This document shows, piece after piece, positions 29,695 to 39,839 of a stretch of 64,000 bases of DNA. The position numbers and the translations under genes are program-made. Source of the stretch: Microgenomates group bacterium. Its GTDB lineage: Bacteria > Patescibacteriota > Microgenomatia > UBA1400 > MFAQ01. Location: NCBI GenBank assembly GCA_049303575.1, contig JBAQNH010000002.1, forward strand, positions 83,984-147,983. Direction: 5' to 3'. How positions within the stretch are numbered: position 1 is the stretch's first letter; each line of letters opens with the position of its first letter. Under the pieces are notes generated by a model. That model did no database searches, had not been told where the DNA came from, and saw nothing but the letters and a program-made list of their open reading frames with translations.

Positions 29695-30309
29695 AAATCT
29701 CTTAAACCAATTTTCTGCCAGCCCTGCTACTTTTTCTAAAGCTCCTTCCTCTTCAAACAAATGTGTTGCTCCGGCCACAATTTCCACCTTCTTTGCACAC
29801 CCGATTTTTACATATGCCTTCCGATTTAGCTCAATCACCTTTTTGTCTTCACTTCCCACAATTAACAAAACCGGCGCTTCAATAAGGTCAAGTTCGTCCA
29901 TCGCCAAGTCCGGTCTACCACCTCGAGAAACTACCGCCCCTATCTTTGTCCCCCAGAACGCCGCTGCCGATAAAGCTGCAGCGCTTCCCGTACTTGCTCC
30001 GAAATATCCAATTTTAAACCCGCTGGTTTTTTCATTTTCCATACACCATTTGGTCACTGCAATTAGCCTCTCCGTCAAGAGATCAATATTAAATCTATTT
30101 TCCGACTCCTTTTCCTCCTCTTCTGTTAAAAGATCAAAAAGCAACGTTGCCAGTTTTCCCTTATTTAACTCCTCGGCCATAAATACATTTCTTACACTCG
30201 TTCCTTCGCTTCCGGTACCGTGAGCAAAAATAATCAAACCATAAGAATCAGCTGGAATTTCCAAGTTCGCTTTCAATAAAACATTTTGGACCGGTATCTC
30301 AATTTCCAT
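29623..30309 (-). CDS. alpha/beta hydrolase (dienelactone hydrolase-like)
   Basis: IFAHGTGSEG oxyanion region. GASTGSAAA matches the GxSxG nucleophile elbow. Confidence 0.65.
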   Translation of the reverse strand: MEIEIPVQNVLLKANLEIPADSYGLIIFAHGTGSEGTSVRNVFMAEELNKGKLATLLFDLLTEEEEKESENRFNIDLLTERLIAVTKWCMENEKTSGFKIGYFGASTGSAAALSAAAFWGTKIGAVVSRGGRPDLAMDELDLIEAPVLLIVGSEDKKVIELNRKAYVKIGCAKKVEIVAGATHLFEEEGALEKVAGLAENWFKRFLLDENVKERVAPISQEDRAKEIA

Positions 30310-30359
30310 CTACCTAAACTATAACAAATCTTACACATCAAACACAATAACTAGTTTGT

Positions 30360-31862
30360 TTATTTTGTTACCAACAAACCAATAATTCCCAAAATACTCA
30401 GGCACACCAAAGTTGCCCCAACCACCCCACGCAACACACTTCTCGTTTTGTTTTTCATTCCCACCACAGCTTCGGCCGCCATAATGTCGGCGATTGCCAT
30501 AGAATTTCCAATCGCGGCTCCGGAAATTTCCAAAGCCAGTATTTTTGTCACACTCAAATGATAAAGCACACTCGCCTGCGATAAAATATTTCCAAACAAA
30601 ATATTCGAAATGGTAATACTGCCGGTAAGAAACGAGCCGAAAGCTCCAATAAATGGCGCTACAAAAGGCAGGATACTTCCATTTAAGTTTTTTGTTAACA
30701 CACTTAAAACCGGTGGTAAACCGGAGATATTGTTTCCGGAATTAACCATTAGCTGAATCATTGTCGACATCGACAAAATAACCAAAAATGGATCAACTGT
30801 ACTTAAAGTTGCCTTTTTTCCGCTTTCGATCAGTAATTTTTTCTTCCCCCACAATAAAGCCAAAGGGATTCCCACCACCACAAAAATTACTCCCGGATTA
30901 AACAGGTTAAAGACATGTTGATACCCCCACGGAAAGCTAATTTGAAAAGACTTTAACACAAATTTCCCCAAGACCAACAATGCGAAGACCACTAAATATG
31001 GCAACACCACTTTATACAAAGGCAAACTCATTTTTCTTACTGAATGTACCATTAAACTTCTTTCGTTTTTCGGCACAAACATCTTTAATTTGAGAGAAAT
31101 TACTATCAACACAATAGCGAGCAAAGATCCAATAATCGATACAAACTCTTGACCGAGACTCACCACAATCAACGACGAAATTACAAAAAGGAAACCGGAC
31201 CACAAGGCAAACGGTAGCACTTCCACAAAATGTGTCCATTTTTGTTTTTGGCCTTTTGCCATCACCCAGATCATAAACACCGGCATAAGAATTCCCACGC
31301 TATTAAACAAAACCGTAAACCATGGCACGCCGGTCACATCCAAACCTGCAAAACCCACCCTTATCGGTGTTCCCACGGCACCAAATGTTCCAGCACTGCT
31401 ATTTCCTAGCAATGAGATTATTACTGCCGTCAAAGGAGACAACCCTATACTTACCAGCACCGGAGCTACAATTGCCCCCGGGGTCCCAAATCCGGCCATT
31501 CCTTCCAAAAAGTTTATCAAAAACCAGGCCAAAAGAACTACTTGAATCCGATAATCCTTTGATATTGACTCCAGATACAAACTGATATTTTCAATCACTT
31601 TTACCCTCTTCAGAATTTCCAGAAAAAACACCGCTCCAAAAACAATTAAAAATATGTCAAATGCCACAAAGAATCCTTTTACGACCGAGTTTAACAAGTA
31701 CAACGGAATTATTTTCCAATAAGCTATTTGAATTATCATCACTACCGTCAGTGCCAACAAAGAAATCTGCCGTAAAGTTAGTCTCTTAAAAAACAAAAGA
31801 CTCAAAAACAAAACAAATGGTAACAAAGCAAACACCAAAGATAAATCAAGCATCTCTTTCAT
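30360..31862 (-). CDS. L-lactate permease family (LctP) transporter
   Basis: About 500 aa with 12 or more TM helices. GMAGFGTPGAIVAPVLVSIGLSPL resembles the LctP signature (GFGTP.A.APLLV.LGF.P). Confidence 0.6.
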   Translation of the reverse strand: MKEMLDLSLVFALLPFVLFLSLLFFKRLTLRQISLLALTVVMIIQIAYWKIIPLYLLNSVVKGFFVAFDIFLIVFGAVFFLEILKRVKVIENISLYLESISKDYRIQVVLLAWFLINFLEGMAGFGTPGAIVAPVLVSIGLSPLTAVIISLLGNSSAGTFGAVGTPIRVGFAGLDVTGVPWFTVLFNSVGILMPVFMIWVMAKGQKQKWTHFVEVLPFALWSGFLFVISSLIVVSLGQEFVSIIGSLLAIVLIVISLKLKMFVPKNERSLMVHSVRKMSLPLYKVVLPYLVVFALLVLGKFVLKSFQISFPWGYQHVFNLFNPGVIFVVVGIPLALLWGKKKLLIESGKKATLSTVDPFLVILSMSTMIQLMVNSGNNISGLPPVLSVLTKNLNGSILPFVAPFIGAFGSFLTGSITISNILFGNILSQASVLYHLSVTKILALEISGAAIGNSMAIADIMAAEAVVGMKNKTRSVLRGVVGATLVCLSILGIIGLLVTK

Positions 31863-31919
31863 TCTATAATTTTCTTCCCCATTCCGCTCAACTAAATCGA
31901 TACCTTTCCTCTATCCTCC

Positions 31920-32189
31920 CTATACCTTAAAAACAGCTGGGTATGCCGATTTAAATAAGTTGAGATTGTTTTCATCCGCCGCTTCGAGTATCTTGGCCAA
32001 CAGTTGTTGATCACTCATTGTCCACACTGGCAAAGTAGCCAGTGACTCCGGTACAAAATCAGGCATTACTTCAACCCCCTGAGTTATCTTTCTTAGAAAT
32101 ACATACAAACCCTTCTGCTCCCTAGTTATCGGCACTCCACTACACTTCTCCATACTACTCAACTGCGCTAAAGAACATTCTTCTATCAT
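31920..32189 (-). CDS. hypothetical protein
   Basis: ORF only. Confidence 0.3.
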   Translation of the reverse strand: MIEECSLAQLSSMEKCSGVPITREQKGLYVFLRKITQGVEVMPDFVPESLATLPVWTMSDQQLLAKILEAADENNLNLFKSAYPAVFKV

Positions 32190-32397
32190 CCCTCAAGTCT
32201 AGCACTAGTAGTCGTTATTTCCCCATTCAAATTCTCTGACCGGTTATCAACCTGTAAACAATAACTATCAATGCGATAACCAACAAACTATGAATCAAAC
32301 TTCCCCCGACAGCAAATACGCTAAACCCTAGAAACCACCCCACAATTAACAGTATTACGATGAACCAAATTATATCCATTTTTACCTCCTTTCTGAG

Positions 32398-32796
32398 CTA
32401 CTCCTCTGGTTGTCTTTCACCTGAGAAAATCCGTACTAATTTAACTATTCCCCAAGCCAAAATGGCGTAAACAATCACCGCCACCACGGTAGATGGTTCA
32501 ATTACCGACGCCGTCTCTAACCCTTGGGCAAATCCCCTGCGGAATATTCCCTCAAAAGGTAAAATAAACATCCCTGTAACACCATACACAAACCCCACAA
32601 AGCCACTCGAAAGACTTGCTCCCATCAATTTGAGTACAAAACGAAAGGCTAGTAGTATTTCTACTACTCCAAAAAGGAAGTAGATTAAATACTCAATCGT
32701 CTGAGAATCACTCGCTTGAACCTTAACTGGAGCAACCACAACTGGTTTTCCACTATTTTCTTGTCTAATAACTGTTTCCTTAATTATTTCTGCCAT
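32398..32796 (-). CDS. hypothetical membrane protein
   Basis: Three TM helices. Confidence 0.35.
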   Translation of the reverse strand: MAEIIKETVIRQENSGKPVVVAPVKVQASDSQTIEYLIYFLFGVVEILLAFRFVLKLMGASLSSGFVGFVYGVTGMFILPFEGIFRRGFAQGLETASVIEPSTVVAVIVYAILAWGIVKLVRIFSGERQPEE

Positions 32797-32863
32797 TTAA
32801 TTTTTACCCTACAACATGTTAATAATATTACAATATCAAGTATCGCAACAATTAGCAAGTTTG

Positions 32864-34060
32864 TTATTTCTTCACAAACAAAACCACGTTTGGCAAATTT
32901 CTACCAGGACCAACCTTATACCCTCCACTCCACAAAGCCGTTGACCCACCATTATCCAAGTTGATTGCACTTTTAATTCCCATCGCGTGCAATACCTTGG
33001 CTGACTCCGCTACCGTCGCACCGTGCACCACGCCAATATATCCGGTACTTCCCGTCGCCCCCAGGAAACTTCGGTTTCCCCTACTTGCTTCCTTTTCCTC
33101 TCCTCCGCTTCCAAACATAATATTTCCGTCCAAAACTAATAGCGGTCTATTGGCAATTACACTGTCCACGCTGGTATCTCTTCCCCAGCCAGATGTCTGG
33201 CCAATAAACCTGGCCGAACTACCGGAAAATACAGCCACCGGTACCGTGCTATACACGTTATTATCAGAATTGAAATACACCTTATTTTTATTCATCACTA
33301 AAACATCAAAGGAATTTTTTTTGCTCGCACACGAAGGATAAGTCTCTGGACAAAAATAGGTCCCATTTACTCCGGCATAAGCACCGCTTCTACTGACATA
33401 CGTTGCCAAAGGCAACACGGGGCAGTCATTGGCACAAGTTCCATCGGACGCCGTATCTACAATCACCCTTGTGCTGCCCAAATCTGCCGACACGACATCG
33501 ACCAAAAAAGAGGTGCCATCCACCGTAACTTTCTGTCTCCGGTATCCGGATGTCGGAGCCTCAACAATCTCCGGCACATTTGCCGGTATCGGAGCCGCCA
33601 CCAAAGAGGCCAGTCTTGCTTTCTCTTTATCAATCTCTGCCACTAACTCTTTGGTAGTTTTAAGGGCATTCTGAAGATCATTCTTCGCCAAAAAATCTAG
33701 AATTGAAGAAAATTTGCTTAGTTGGGTAGTGATCTTTGATCCACGATCTTGAAGATATAGTACTTGTTCATATGCTTCCACCGCCGCCTTAAAACTAAGT
33801 TTCAAATCTGCCATCTGTTTCTTGACCTCTGTATTTGTTTTTCGCAAATCTTCGTTATTTAATCTGTCTATCTCTGCTTGAATACTTAAAATTGTTTCGT
33901 TATTTTTTACAATCTGTTGCTCCAACTCAACATTTATTCTTTGTGTCTCCTGCTGTTTCTGGGATAACCTGTAAAACAAAAAGCCAAAAACCGCCAATAC
34001 TATGAATCCTACGACAATAAATAACCAAGTTGACCGAAATTTTTTATTTATCTTGACCAC
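32864..34060 (-). CDS. phosphodiester glycosidase family protein (DUF2233/NAGPA-like), membrane-anchored with a coiled coil
   Basis: N-terminal TM helix, about 130 aa of coiled coil, then the C-terminal NLDNGGSTALW motif (NLDGGGS signature). Confidence 0.55.
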   Translation of the reverse strand: MVKINKKFRSTWLFIVVGFIVLAVFGFLFYRLSQKQQETQRINVELEQQIVKNNETILSIQAEIDRLNNEDLRKTNTEVKKQMADLKLSFKAAVEAYEQVLYLQDRGSKITTQLSKFSSILDFLAKNDLQNALKTTKELVAEIDKEKARLASLVAAPIPANVPEIVEAPTSGYRRQKVTVDGTSFLVDVVSADLGSTRVIVDTASDGTCANDCPVLPLATYVSRSGAYAGVNGTYFCPETYPSCASKKNSFDVLVMNKNKVYFNSDNNVYSTVPVAVFSGSSARFIGQTSGWGRDTSVDSVIANRPLLVLDGNIMFGSGGEEKEASRGNRSFLGATGSTGYIGVVHGATVAESAKVLHAMGIKSAINLDNGGSTALWSGGYKVGPGRNLPNVVLFVKK

Positions 34061-34185
34061 CGTAAAACAATCCTAACATAGATGTAAATTTGATTACAAC
34101 TTCGTTGTCTTTATCAAATTATAAGCGTGACTACCACAAAAAAACACGGCTCCGTCCTTCTTCGACAAATGTTTTTCAGTCCAAA

Positions 34186-34389
34186 TTATTTTGCCTGGTT
34201 AACGTTTACATCAATCTGACTTGGTATATTTATCTGAGGAGTCCCTCCTTGCGTATTTTGAATCGCAGGAAGTCCGTAAACGTATACCAAATATCCCAGC
34301 ACCAGCAAAATAACCAGTCCCACAATCCAGCCTATTGGTCCACCTGAGTCATTAGAAGCCGGTGGATTATTTACTATAGTTGTCATCAA
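34186..34389 (-). CDS. small hypothetical membrane protein
   Basis: 67 aa. One TM helix. Confidence 0.3.
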   Translation of the reverse strand: MMTTIVNNPPASNDSGGPIGWIVGLVILLVLGYLVYVYGLPAIQNTQGGTPQINIPSQIDVNVNQAK

Positions 34390-34514
34390 TACTCACCTCC
34401 TTTACTGTTAAATTTATTGGGTTTGTTTTCGTCCAAAACACACCTCTACTTCTAATATATCCTTTTTACACCCAAGTTGTATTAACTTTCACAAAACAAA
34501 ACCAGCTAAGTATA

Positions 34515-35399
34515 ATGTTAATGGGAATAAAAAAACCGACCATCATGAAAAAATGGATACTGACTAGCTTCTTTGCCTTTGGTGTTTTAACACTCATCCT
34601 TCTTTTTATTCCTATTATTCCTAAAAAACCTTCTTCCCCCTCCTCTGCACCGGCCCCATCCCCCACCATCGCCGTCCCAACCCCCAAAATCTATCAACCC
34701 ATTGATCAATATCTTCCACCCGTTATACCCACATCCTCCTCCTATACCCTCATTTTTGTTGGTGACTCCATGACTGAAAGCCTCGGCGAAAACTTTGACA
34801 AACTCAGAGTTAGTCTTAAAAAATACTATCCCGATAAGATTTTTGGGCTCTTTAACTACGGCTTTGGCTCAACCAATGTTCTTTCGGTTGAAGATCGTCT
34901 CAATCGCGATATCGTTTATTTGGGCAGAAATATGCCTGCCATCCTTGGCCGCAGTTTCGATATTATTTTTATTGAGTCCTTTGGCAACAATCCTCTTTCT
35001 GAGTTTGCTCTTGATGTCGGCTTACAAAAGCAAACCGCCGCTCTTGACTATCTGGTTGCCGAAATAGCCGGCACTCATCCCAACTCTCTAATCGTCTTTA
35101 TTGCCACCGTTGCACCTTCACAAGCCTTTTATGGTAAAGGGGTCGTTACCCTCTCACCATTAGTCAGAAATCAATGGGCCAACGAAAGACGCGCTTACAT
35201 TGAAAACCATATCAACTATGCCAAACGCCATAACATTCCTCTCATTAATGTCTACGAAAAAACTCTGGACAAAAAAGGTCTTACCCTCACTAAATATCTT
35301 GACCAGGGAAACTACATTCATCCATCAGCCGAAGGCGTTAGTCTCATCAGCCAAATGATTGCCGACTTTTTATACAAAAATCTCATTCTCAAAAACTAG
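34515..35399 (+). CDS. SGNH/GDSL-family hydrolase, secreted/anchored; start moved from 34380 to the internal ATG preceded by TATAAT
   Basis: LIFVGDSMTE (GDS motif block I). N-terminal signal/TM (MKKWILTSFFAFGVLTLILLF). Pro/Ser-rich linker. Confidence 0.5.
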   Translation: MLMGIKKPTIMKKWILTSFFAFGVLTLILLFIPIIPKKPSSPSSAPAPSPTIAVPTPKIYQPIDQYLPPVIPTSSSYTLIFVGDSMTESLGENFDKLRVSLKKYYPDKIFGLFNYGFGSTNVLSVEDRLNRDIVYLGRNMPAILGRSFDIIFIESFGNNPLSEFALDVGLQKQTAALDYLVAEIAGTHPNSLIVFIATVAPSQAFYGKGVVTLSPLVRNQWANERRAYIENHINYAKRHNIPLINVYEKTLDKKGLTLTKYLDQGNYIHPSAEGVSLISQMIADFLYKNLILKN

Positions 35400-35469
35400 T
35401 ATCCTACTCTTCCACTAAAAAAGCTTTTATCAACTTCCCCTCCAGGTAGAAAAATAGTAAGATCAAACA

Positions 35470-37077
35470 GTGACAACATTTGCAAAAAACATTAAGGTTT
35501 TTGTAAAAACTCAATGGTTCGTTTTTTTTCTGTTGGTATTTGCTGCTTTACGCCTAATAAATCTTAAATCCGGATACATTTGGTTCGACGATACCGCCAC
35601 CATCGGTGGCATTAACAAAATCCCTTGGCCAAATTTATTTGGAGAAGTCTTAAACCACACCACCAACGCTGTAACTGGACCATTCCTCCCAACACTATTG
35701 TCCAGAATCATCGTCAACCTCTTCGGTCCGGACATCTTATTACTACGCCTACCGGACTTCATAATTTCGATACTCTCGATCATTTTATTTAAAAAGTATG
35801 TCTTATCAAAAATCTTCTCCAGCCAATCAATTCAATTCTTAGTCTTGATTGCTATTTGTTTCTCCATCCCCTTCATTCTCTATAGCCAATCAATTCAACC
35901 TAGTATTTATTATTTTTTTTCCAGCATTGTTCAATTTGGCATATTTTTAAGTCTTTGGCGAGAGATACGGTCACTCGACAGTCTTGGTAAACTCAACAAA
36001 AAAGTTCTCCTCTTTGGCTTAATCTCCACTCCGCTGTTTTTGGTTAATTACATGAGCGTCATTGTCTTTTTTATTCTTCTCGGAACTCTTTTAATGTATT
36101 TTTTGCACCAAGTCCTAAAAAACAAACTGGCCCTTAAAAAATTAATCTCGTTCTCTCTTTATGCTCTGTTGGGAAGCATTCCTTACCTGGCCTTAACCTA
36201 CTGGAGACTTGGTGGTGACGAAACATATATCCGACAGTATTTTGAAGGCTCTTACTACGTCAACGGACTAACGGATATCTTTAAACTAATCTACGATACT
36301 GTTTCGTATTTGTTCAACTTTGCGTATACCCTAAACCTTTACCGACCCCTTGGTTACAACCTTTTATCCGCCCCCTTTTTGCTTCTGGTTATTCTGGGTT
36401 TAATAGACTTGATTTACAAGAACCGAAAACTCTGGCTAATCTTTGTTTACATCTTGATGATTTTTGCAGCCTTATCTATCTTTAAAATAATTCCTTTGGG
36501 AGGCGTTCGTCATATCCTCATCTTCGCCCCGTTTATTTTTGTTTTCTTTGGCATGGGTCTGCATAAACTAGGATTAATAGTCATCTCCAAGTTTAAAGGT
36601 CAAAAATTTATAAATACTACTCTGGCAGTCATCCTCATCACCTACATCTTGACGATTTTTATGACTTCAGGAAAATACGTTTACCTCCATCGTCAGAGTG
36701 CTGTTGACCTAAACAAGATCGTTAAGTTCGCCAATCAATACTCCGTTAAATCCATCCTCGATCTCGAGTCATATGATCAGTTATCCATCATCGACTACTC
36801 AAACGGAAAAATCCTAAAAAAGAATGGCCTCTCCATTTATCCCCTGGATAAAAAATCTTGTCCGGATATCATGGAATCCTACCTTCTGGTAGCCTATCAT
36901 TACCCCCTCGACCCCAAATGGAACTTTCCTCTACCCGATAACTGTCTCACAAAATTCAACATTGGTACTCTTGAAGAAAATCTGGGTAACCTTGACCAGA
37001 GTACTATTGCTCAGTCCATCTACTACCCTCAAAATGGCTTCTTTATCTACATCATTCAGTCCATCTCCAATTTATAG
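35470..37077 (+). CDS. large polytopic membrane protein, possibly a GT-C fold glycosyltransferase (ArnT/PMT-like)
   Basis: 535 aa. Ten or more TM helices in the N-terminal two thirds and a soluble C-terminal domain. Architecture only. Confidence 0.35.
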   Translation: MTTFAKNIKVFVKTQWFVFFLLVFAALRLINLKSGYIWFDDTATIGGINKIPWPNLFGEVLNHTTNAVTGPFLPTLLSRIIVNLFGPDILLLRLPDFIISILSIILFKKYVLSKIFSSQSIQFLVLIAICFSIPFILYSQSIQPSIYYFFSSIVQFGIFLSLWREIRSLDSLGKLNKKVLLFGLISTPLFLVNYMSVIVFFILLGTLLMYFLHQVLKNKLALKKLISFSLYALLGSIPYLALTYWRLGGDETYIRQYFEGSYYVNGLTDIFKLIYDTVSYLFNFAYTLNLYRPLGYNLLSAPFLLLVILGLIDLIYKNRKLWLIFVYILMIFAALSIFKIIPLGGVRHILIFAPFIFVFFGMGLHKLGLIVISKFKGQKFINTTLAVILITYILTIFMTSGKYVYLHRQSAVDLNKIVKFANQYSVKSILDLESYDQLSIIDYSNGKILKKNGLSIYPLDKKSCPDIMESYLLVAYHYPLDPKWNFPLPDNCLTKFNIGTLEENLGNLDQSTIAQSIYYPQNGFFIYIIQSISNL

Positions 37078-37154
37078 CCCGTATTCGAGTACTCACCGTC
37101 TTGTAACTAATCTAACCATTTGACGCCCGTTAAAATTTCTTCTATGATGACTAT

Positions 37155-37736
37155 ATGACCAAAACTAACTTTTCCCTAAAATTCGTTATTATTTTCCTGT
37201 TTTTTGCTCTTCTTGCCTCACCTGCGTTAGCTCAAACAGAAAAGGGTAAGGAAAATGGCATTAATCGTAGAAACCCATCCCCTCAAGCTCTCGTCACCAC
37301 CGCCAAAGCAAACTCCTGCCAAGCTAGAGAGTCGGGCGTCAAAACTCGTATGGCACAGTTGACCAAGTTGTCCATCAACATGGAGACAACTTTCGACCGG
37401 ATTGCCGAAAAAGTTAAAGCATACTATACCGAGACTGTTCTACCTTCCGGTAAATCAGTCGCCAACTATGATGCCTTGGTTGCCGACATTGCCGCCAAGA
37501 AAGCTATCGTCCAAACAGAGCTTGCCGATGCCGATACCGACATTAAAAGTTTCAGCTGTATCTCAGGAGAACCAAAAACTCTTATGAACCAGTATCAAGT
37601 AAACATGCGAGCAGTCAAAACAGCTCTCAAAAACTATCGTACTTCAATCGTTAATCTTATCGTCGCCGTCAGAACCGTCTCCAAAGACATCGAGGCTACT
37701 CCGACAGTCACCGTCACCCCCTCCCCTACGATATAA
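37155..37736 (+). CDS. hypothetical secreted protein
   Basis: Signal peptide (..LASPALA). No motif. Confidence 0.4.
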   Translation: MTKTNFSLKFVIIFLFFALLASPALAQTEKGKENGINRRNPSPQALVTTAKANSCQARESGVKTRMAQLTKLSINMETTFDRIAEKVKAYYTETVLPSGKSVANYDALVADIAAKKAIVQTELADADTDIKSFSCISGEPKTLMNQYQVNMRAVKTALKNYRTSIVNLIVAVRTVSKDIEATPTVTVTPSPTI

Positions 37737-37761
37737 ATATTAATTAAACAACTAAATCAAA

Positions 37762-37989
37762 ATGAAGTACAACACCAAACTCTTTTTGTTTATCCTTATC
37801 GCCGTTATCATTGGTCTATTCATAATCTCGCTTAAGACTCAAAAAGTTGTCAATAACTCCTTCGACGCCACCCAAGATATCCAAAGATCAAGTGATCTGG
37901 ATCAAGCTGAAGACCAACTCAACGTCATAAATGTCGACAGTGTCGATCCGGGACTAAATCAGTTAAACACCGAGGCTGCTACTTTCTAA
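37762..37989 (+). CDS. small hypothetical membrane protein
   Basis: 75 aa. One TM helix. Confidence 0.25.
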   Translation: MKYNTKLFLFILIAVIIGLFIISLKTQKVVNNSFDATQDIQRSSDLDQAEDQLNVINVDSVDPGLNQLNTEAATF

Positions 37990-38045
37990 GTCCCATAAAC
38001 ATCAACGTAACGATTGATCTAGCCGTTCTATTCACCAACCTACCC

Positions 38046-38267
38046 TTACGCCTCTAACTGTTTTGAGGGACACTTTGTGTCGGCATATGAACAAAAAACG
38101 CAACAATCACCTGCTTTTGGTCTCAGTATCTCACCACAATGTATGCATTTGTAAAAAAATTGGCACGCATCGGTTGGCATCTCCACTTTTTGTGGTTTTC
38201 CACATTTTGGGCACACCAAAACAGCAGTCGTTGTAATACTATTTGTTTTACTCATAACCAGTCTCAT
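38046..38267 (-). CDS. GDCCVxC-domain cysteine-rich metal-binding protein
   Basis: CPKCG..CIHCGEIL..KAGDCCVFCSYADTKCP contains the GDCCVxC signature and flanking CxxC pairs. Confidence 0.55.
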   Translation of the reverse strand: MRLVMSKTNSITTTAVLVCPKCGKPQKVEMPTDACQFFYKCIHCGEILRPKAGDCCVFCSYADTKCPSKQLEA

Positions 38268-38276
38268 TTAACAAAT

Positions 38277-38552
38277 TTATTTTCCTAACCACTTGTTATA
38301 CAACCTGATAGTCGCATAAGTTGTTATCCAAGTCAGCAAGCCTATGGAAATAAGACCCCACAAAACAGTTCCAAAGGACATCACTGATGTTGTTTTAAGA
38401 CTTTCTATACTGATACTATGCAACCAAGCATTTGCTATACCAAAAATAAAATCGGGAGCAAGCGTAGATATCAGCCAGCAAGCTACATAAAAAACAACCA
38501 TCACCGTTGTGGTTGCGTTGGCAAACGTTTTAGCACTTAACATTGTTACCAC
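38277..38552 (-). CDS. hypothetical membrane protein co-directional with the GDCCVxC protein
   Basis: Three TM helices. 10-nt gap to the downstream gene. Confidence 0.35.
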   Translation of the reverse strand: MVTMLSAKTFANATTTVMVVFYVACWLISTLAPDFIFGIANAWLHSISIESLKTTSVMSFGTVLWGLISIGLLTWITTYATIRLYNKWLGK

Positions 38553-38764
38553 CTCCTTTCGATTAGTTTTTACTAAGTAAATATCCGTGTCCTAAAAACC
38601 ATTATAGACTACAAATTACACACCGAGTTTAAAAGCTATCCAGCAGGAAAAACCACTCCCAACAACCCTATCTCCCAGCTACCCAGTTACTCTTGACTTT
38701 TAGGCCTATAAGTGGTATCATACCTCACTTGAAGTTGGCTGGCACACTAAGAAAAGGAGAATAC

Positions 38765-39028
38765 ATGAAAAAATTTCTGTACCTGAGCGCGATCGTTTTA
38801 CTGCTTGTCTTCGTCATGGCGGCCGTGGCCACAACCACGGTAAAGGCCGATTATATCGACTACGTGACCAACCCCGGACTCCAGCACGCTTCTGAGTCCG
38901 GAACCTTCCACGGAGCCTTCCAGTACTTCGAAGGTCTCAAAGCCGGCTGGATTCCCGAAGCAGCCAGAAATGGCGGTATTGGGGACACCACCGGGCCCGC
39001 AAACTCCTGGTGGGGCAAAAACCACTAA
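38765..39028 (+). CDS. small secreted hypothetical protein; start at MKKFLYLSAIV, preceded by the AAGGAG RBS
   Basis: AAAGGAGAATAC-ATG spacing. Signal peptide. Followed by a strong intrinsic terminator. Confidence 0.45.
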   Translation: MKKFLYLSAIVLLLVFVMAAVATTTVKADYIDYVTNPGLQHASESGTFHGAFQYFEGLKAGWIPEAARNGGIGDTTGPANSWWGKNH

Positions 39029-39078
39029 AAAATATTTCCGCGCGCTAAACAAACCCCAAGCTAGCCAGCTTCTCTCAC

Positions 39079-39107
39079 AAGGTGCCCCCAAAGGGCACCT
39101 TTTTTTA
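39079..39107 (+). terminator. rho-independent terminator
   Basis: AAGGTGCCC-CCAAA-GGGCACCTT hairpin followed by TTTTTTT. Confidence 0.75.
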
Positions 39108-39187
39108 CGTCAATTTTTTGTAACTTTGGGTCAAATTTCAAGCTTTTGGACACTGCTCTTTAGCCCTTGCTCCTAAGAACAAATCGT

Positions 39188-39397
39188 CTAGCTGTCTAGT
39201 CCAGCCTCCGTACTTATTCCTCTTAATCTTTTCTTTTCATCATCCAACTCCTTTAATCTTTTAAAATCGTCATCTAATTCCTTTTCTAGCAATTCAGCCA
39301 CATTTGTATACGACAAACCATCATCTTCTATCAACTCTGGTGGTTCATCCAGTCCTTCCGGCTCAGCCCATTGGAATGGTATTTCTTGTTCGCTCAT
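39188..39397 (-). CDS. small acidic hypothetical protein
   Basis: 69 aa. Very Asp/Glu-rich. Confidence 0.3.
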   Translation of the reverse strand: MSEQEIPFQWAEPEGLDEPPELIEDDGLSYTNVAELLEKELDDDFKRLKELDDEKKRLRGISTEAGLDS

Positions 39398-39405
39398 ATC
39401 GATTC

Positions 39406-39714
39406 CTATGACTTAATCATTATTAACAACATCTTAAACGGTTCCAACGCTCTTACCGAATGAAGACTGTTGGCAGGCATTAAAAGAGATTCTCCCGACT
39501 TCACTAAATTTACTGTTCCAGATACGGTAATTTCAGCGCTTCCCTCTATCCCCATAACAAATGCATCATACGGAGCTTTGTGCTCACTTAAACCCTGATC
39601 TTTGTCAAAAGCAAAGATTGTTATTGTCCCTGTGGTTTTATTTAGAATCTCTTTACTAACAACAGAGCCCGATTGAAAATTTATTTGTTGACTTAGTTTT
39701 TTAGAATTATCCAT
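39406..39714 (-). CDS. cupin-domain protein
   Basis: Small beta-barrel (102 aa). Motif-2 region SLLMPANSLHSVRALE is consistent with a cupin. Confidence 0.5.
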   Translation of the reverse strand: MDNSKKLSQQINFQSGSVVSKEILNKTTGTITIFAFDKDQGLSEHKAPYDAFVMGIEGSAEITVSGTVNLVKSGESLLMPANSLHSVRALEPFKMLLIMIKS

Positions 39715-39839
39715 AATTAATTATATCCTAACAAACCCAAGCCTCGAAAATCGTAGCTCTGATATAACCACACATTTGACTTCAACAAATAATCAATCCG
39801 ATAGACCGACTCACGGAGTTATCTATCCTCAAAATACCG

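Noticed and set aside
34380-34514. N-terminal extension of the SGNH hydrolase ORF
   Set aside because: The extension overlaps two minus-strand ORFs, is hydrophobic junk, and precedes an internal ATG with a TATAAT box and a signal peptide. The start was moved to 34515.
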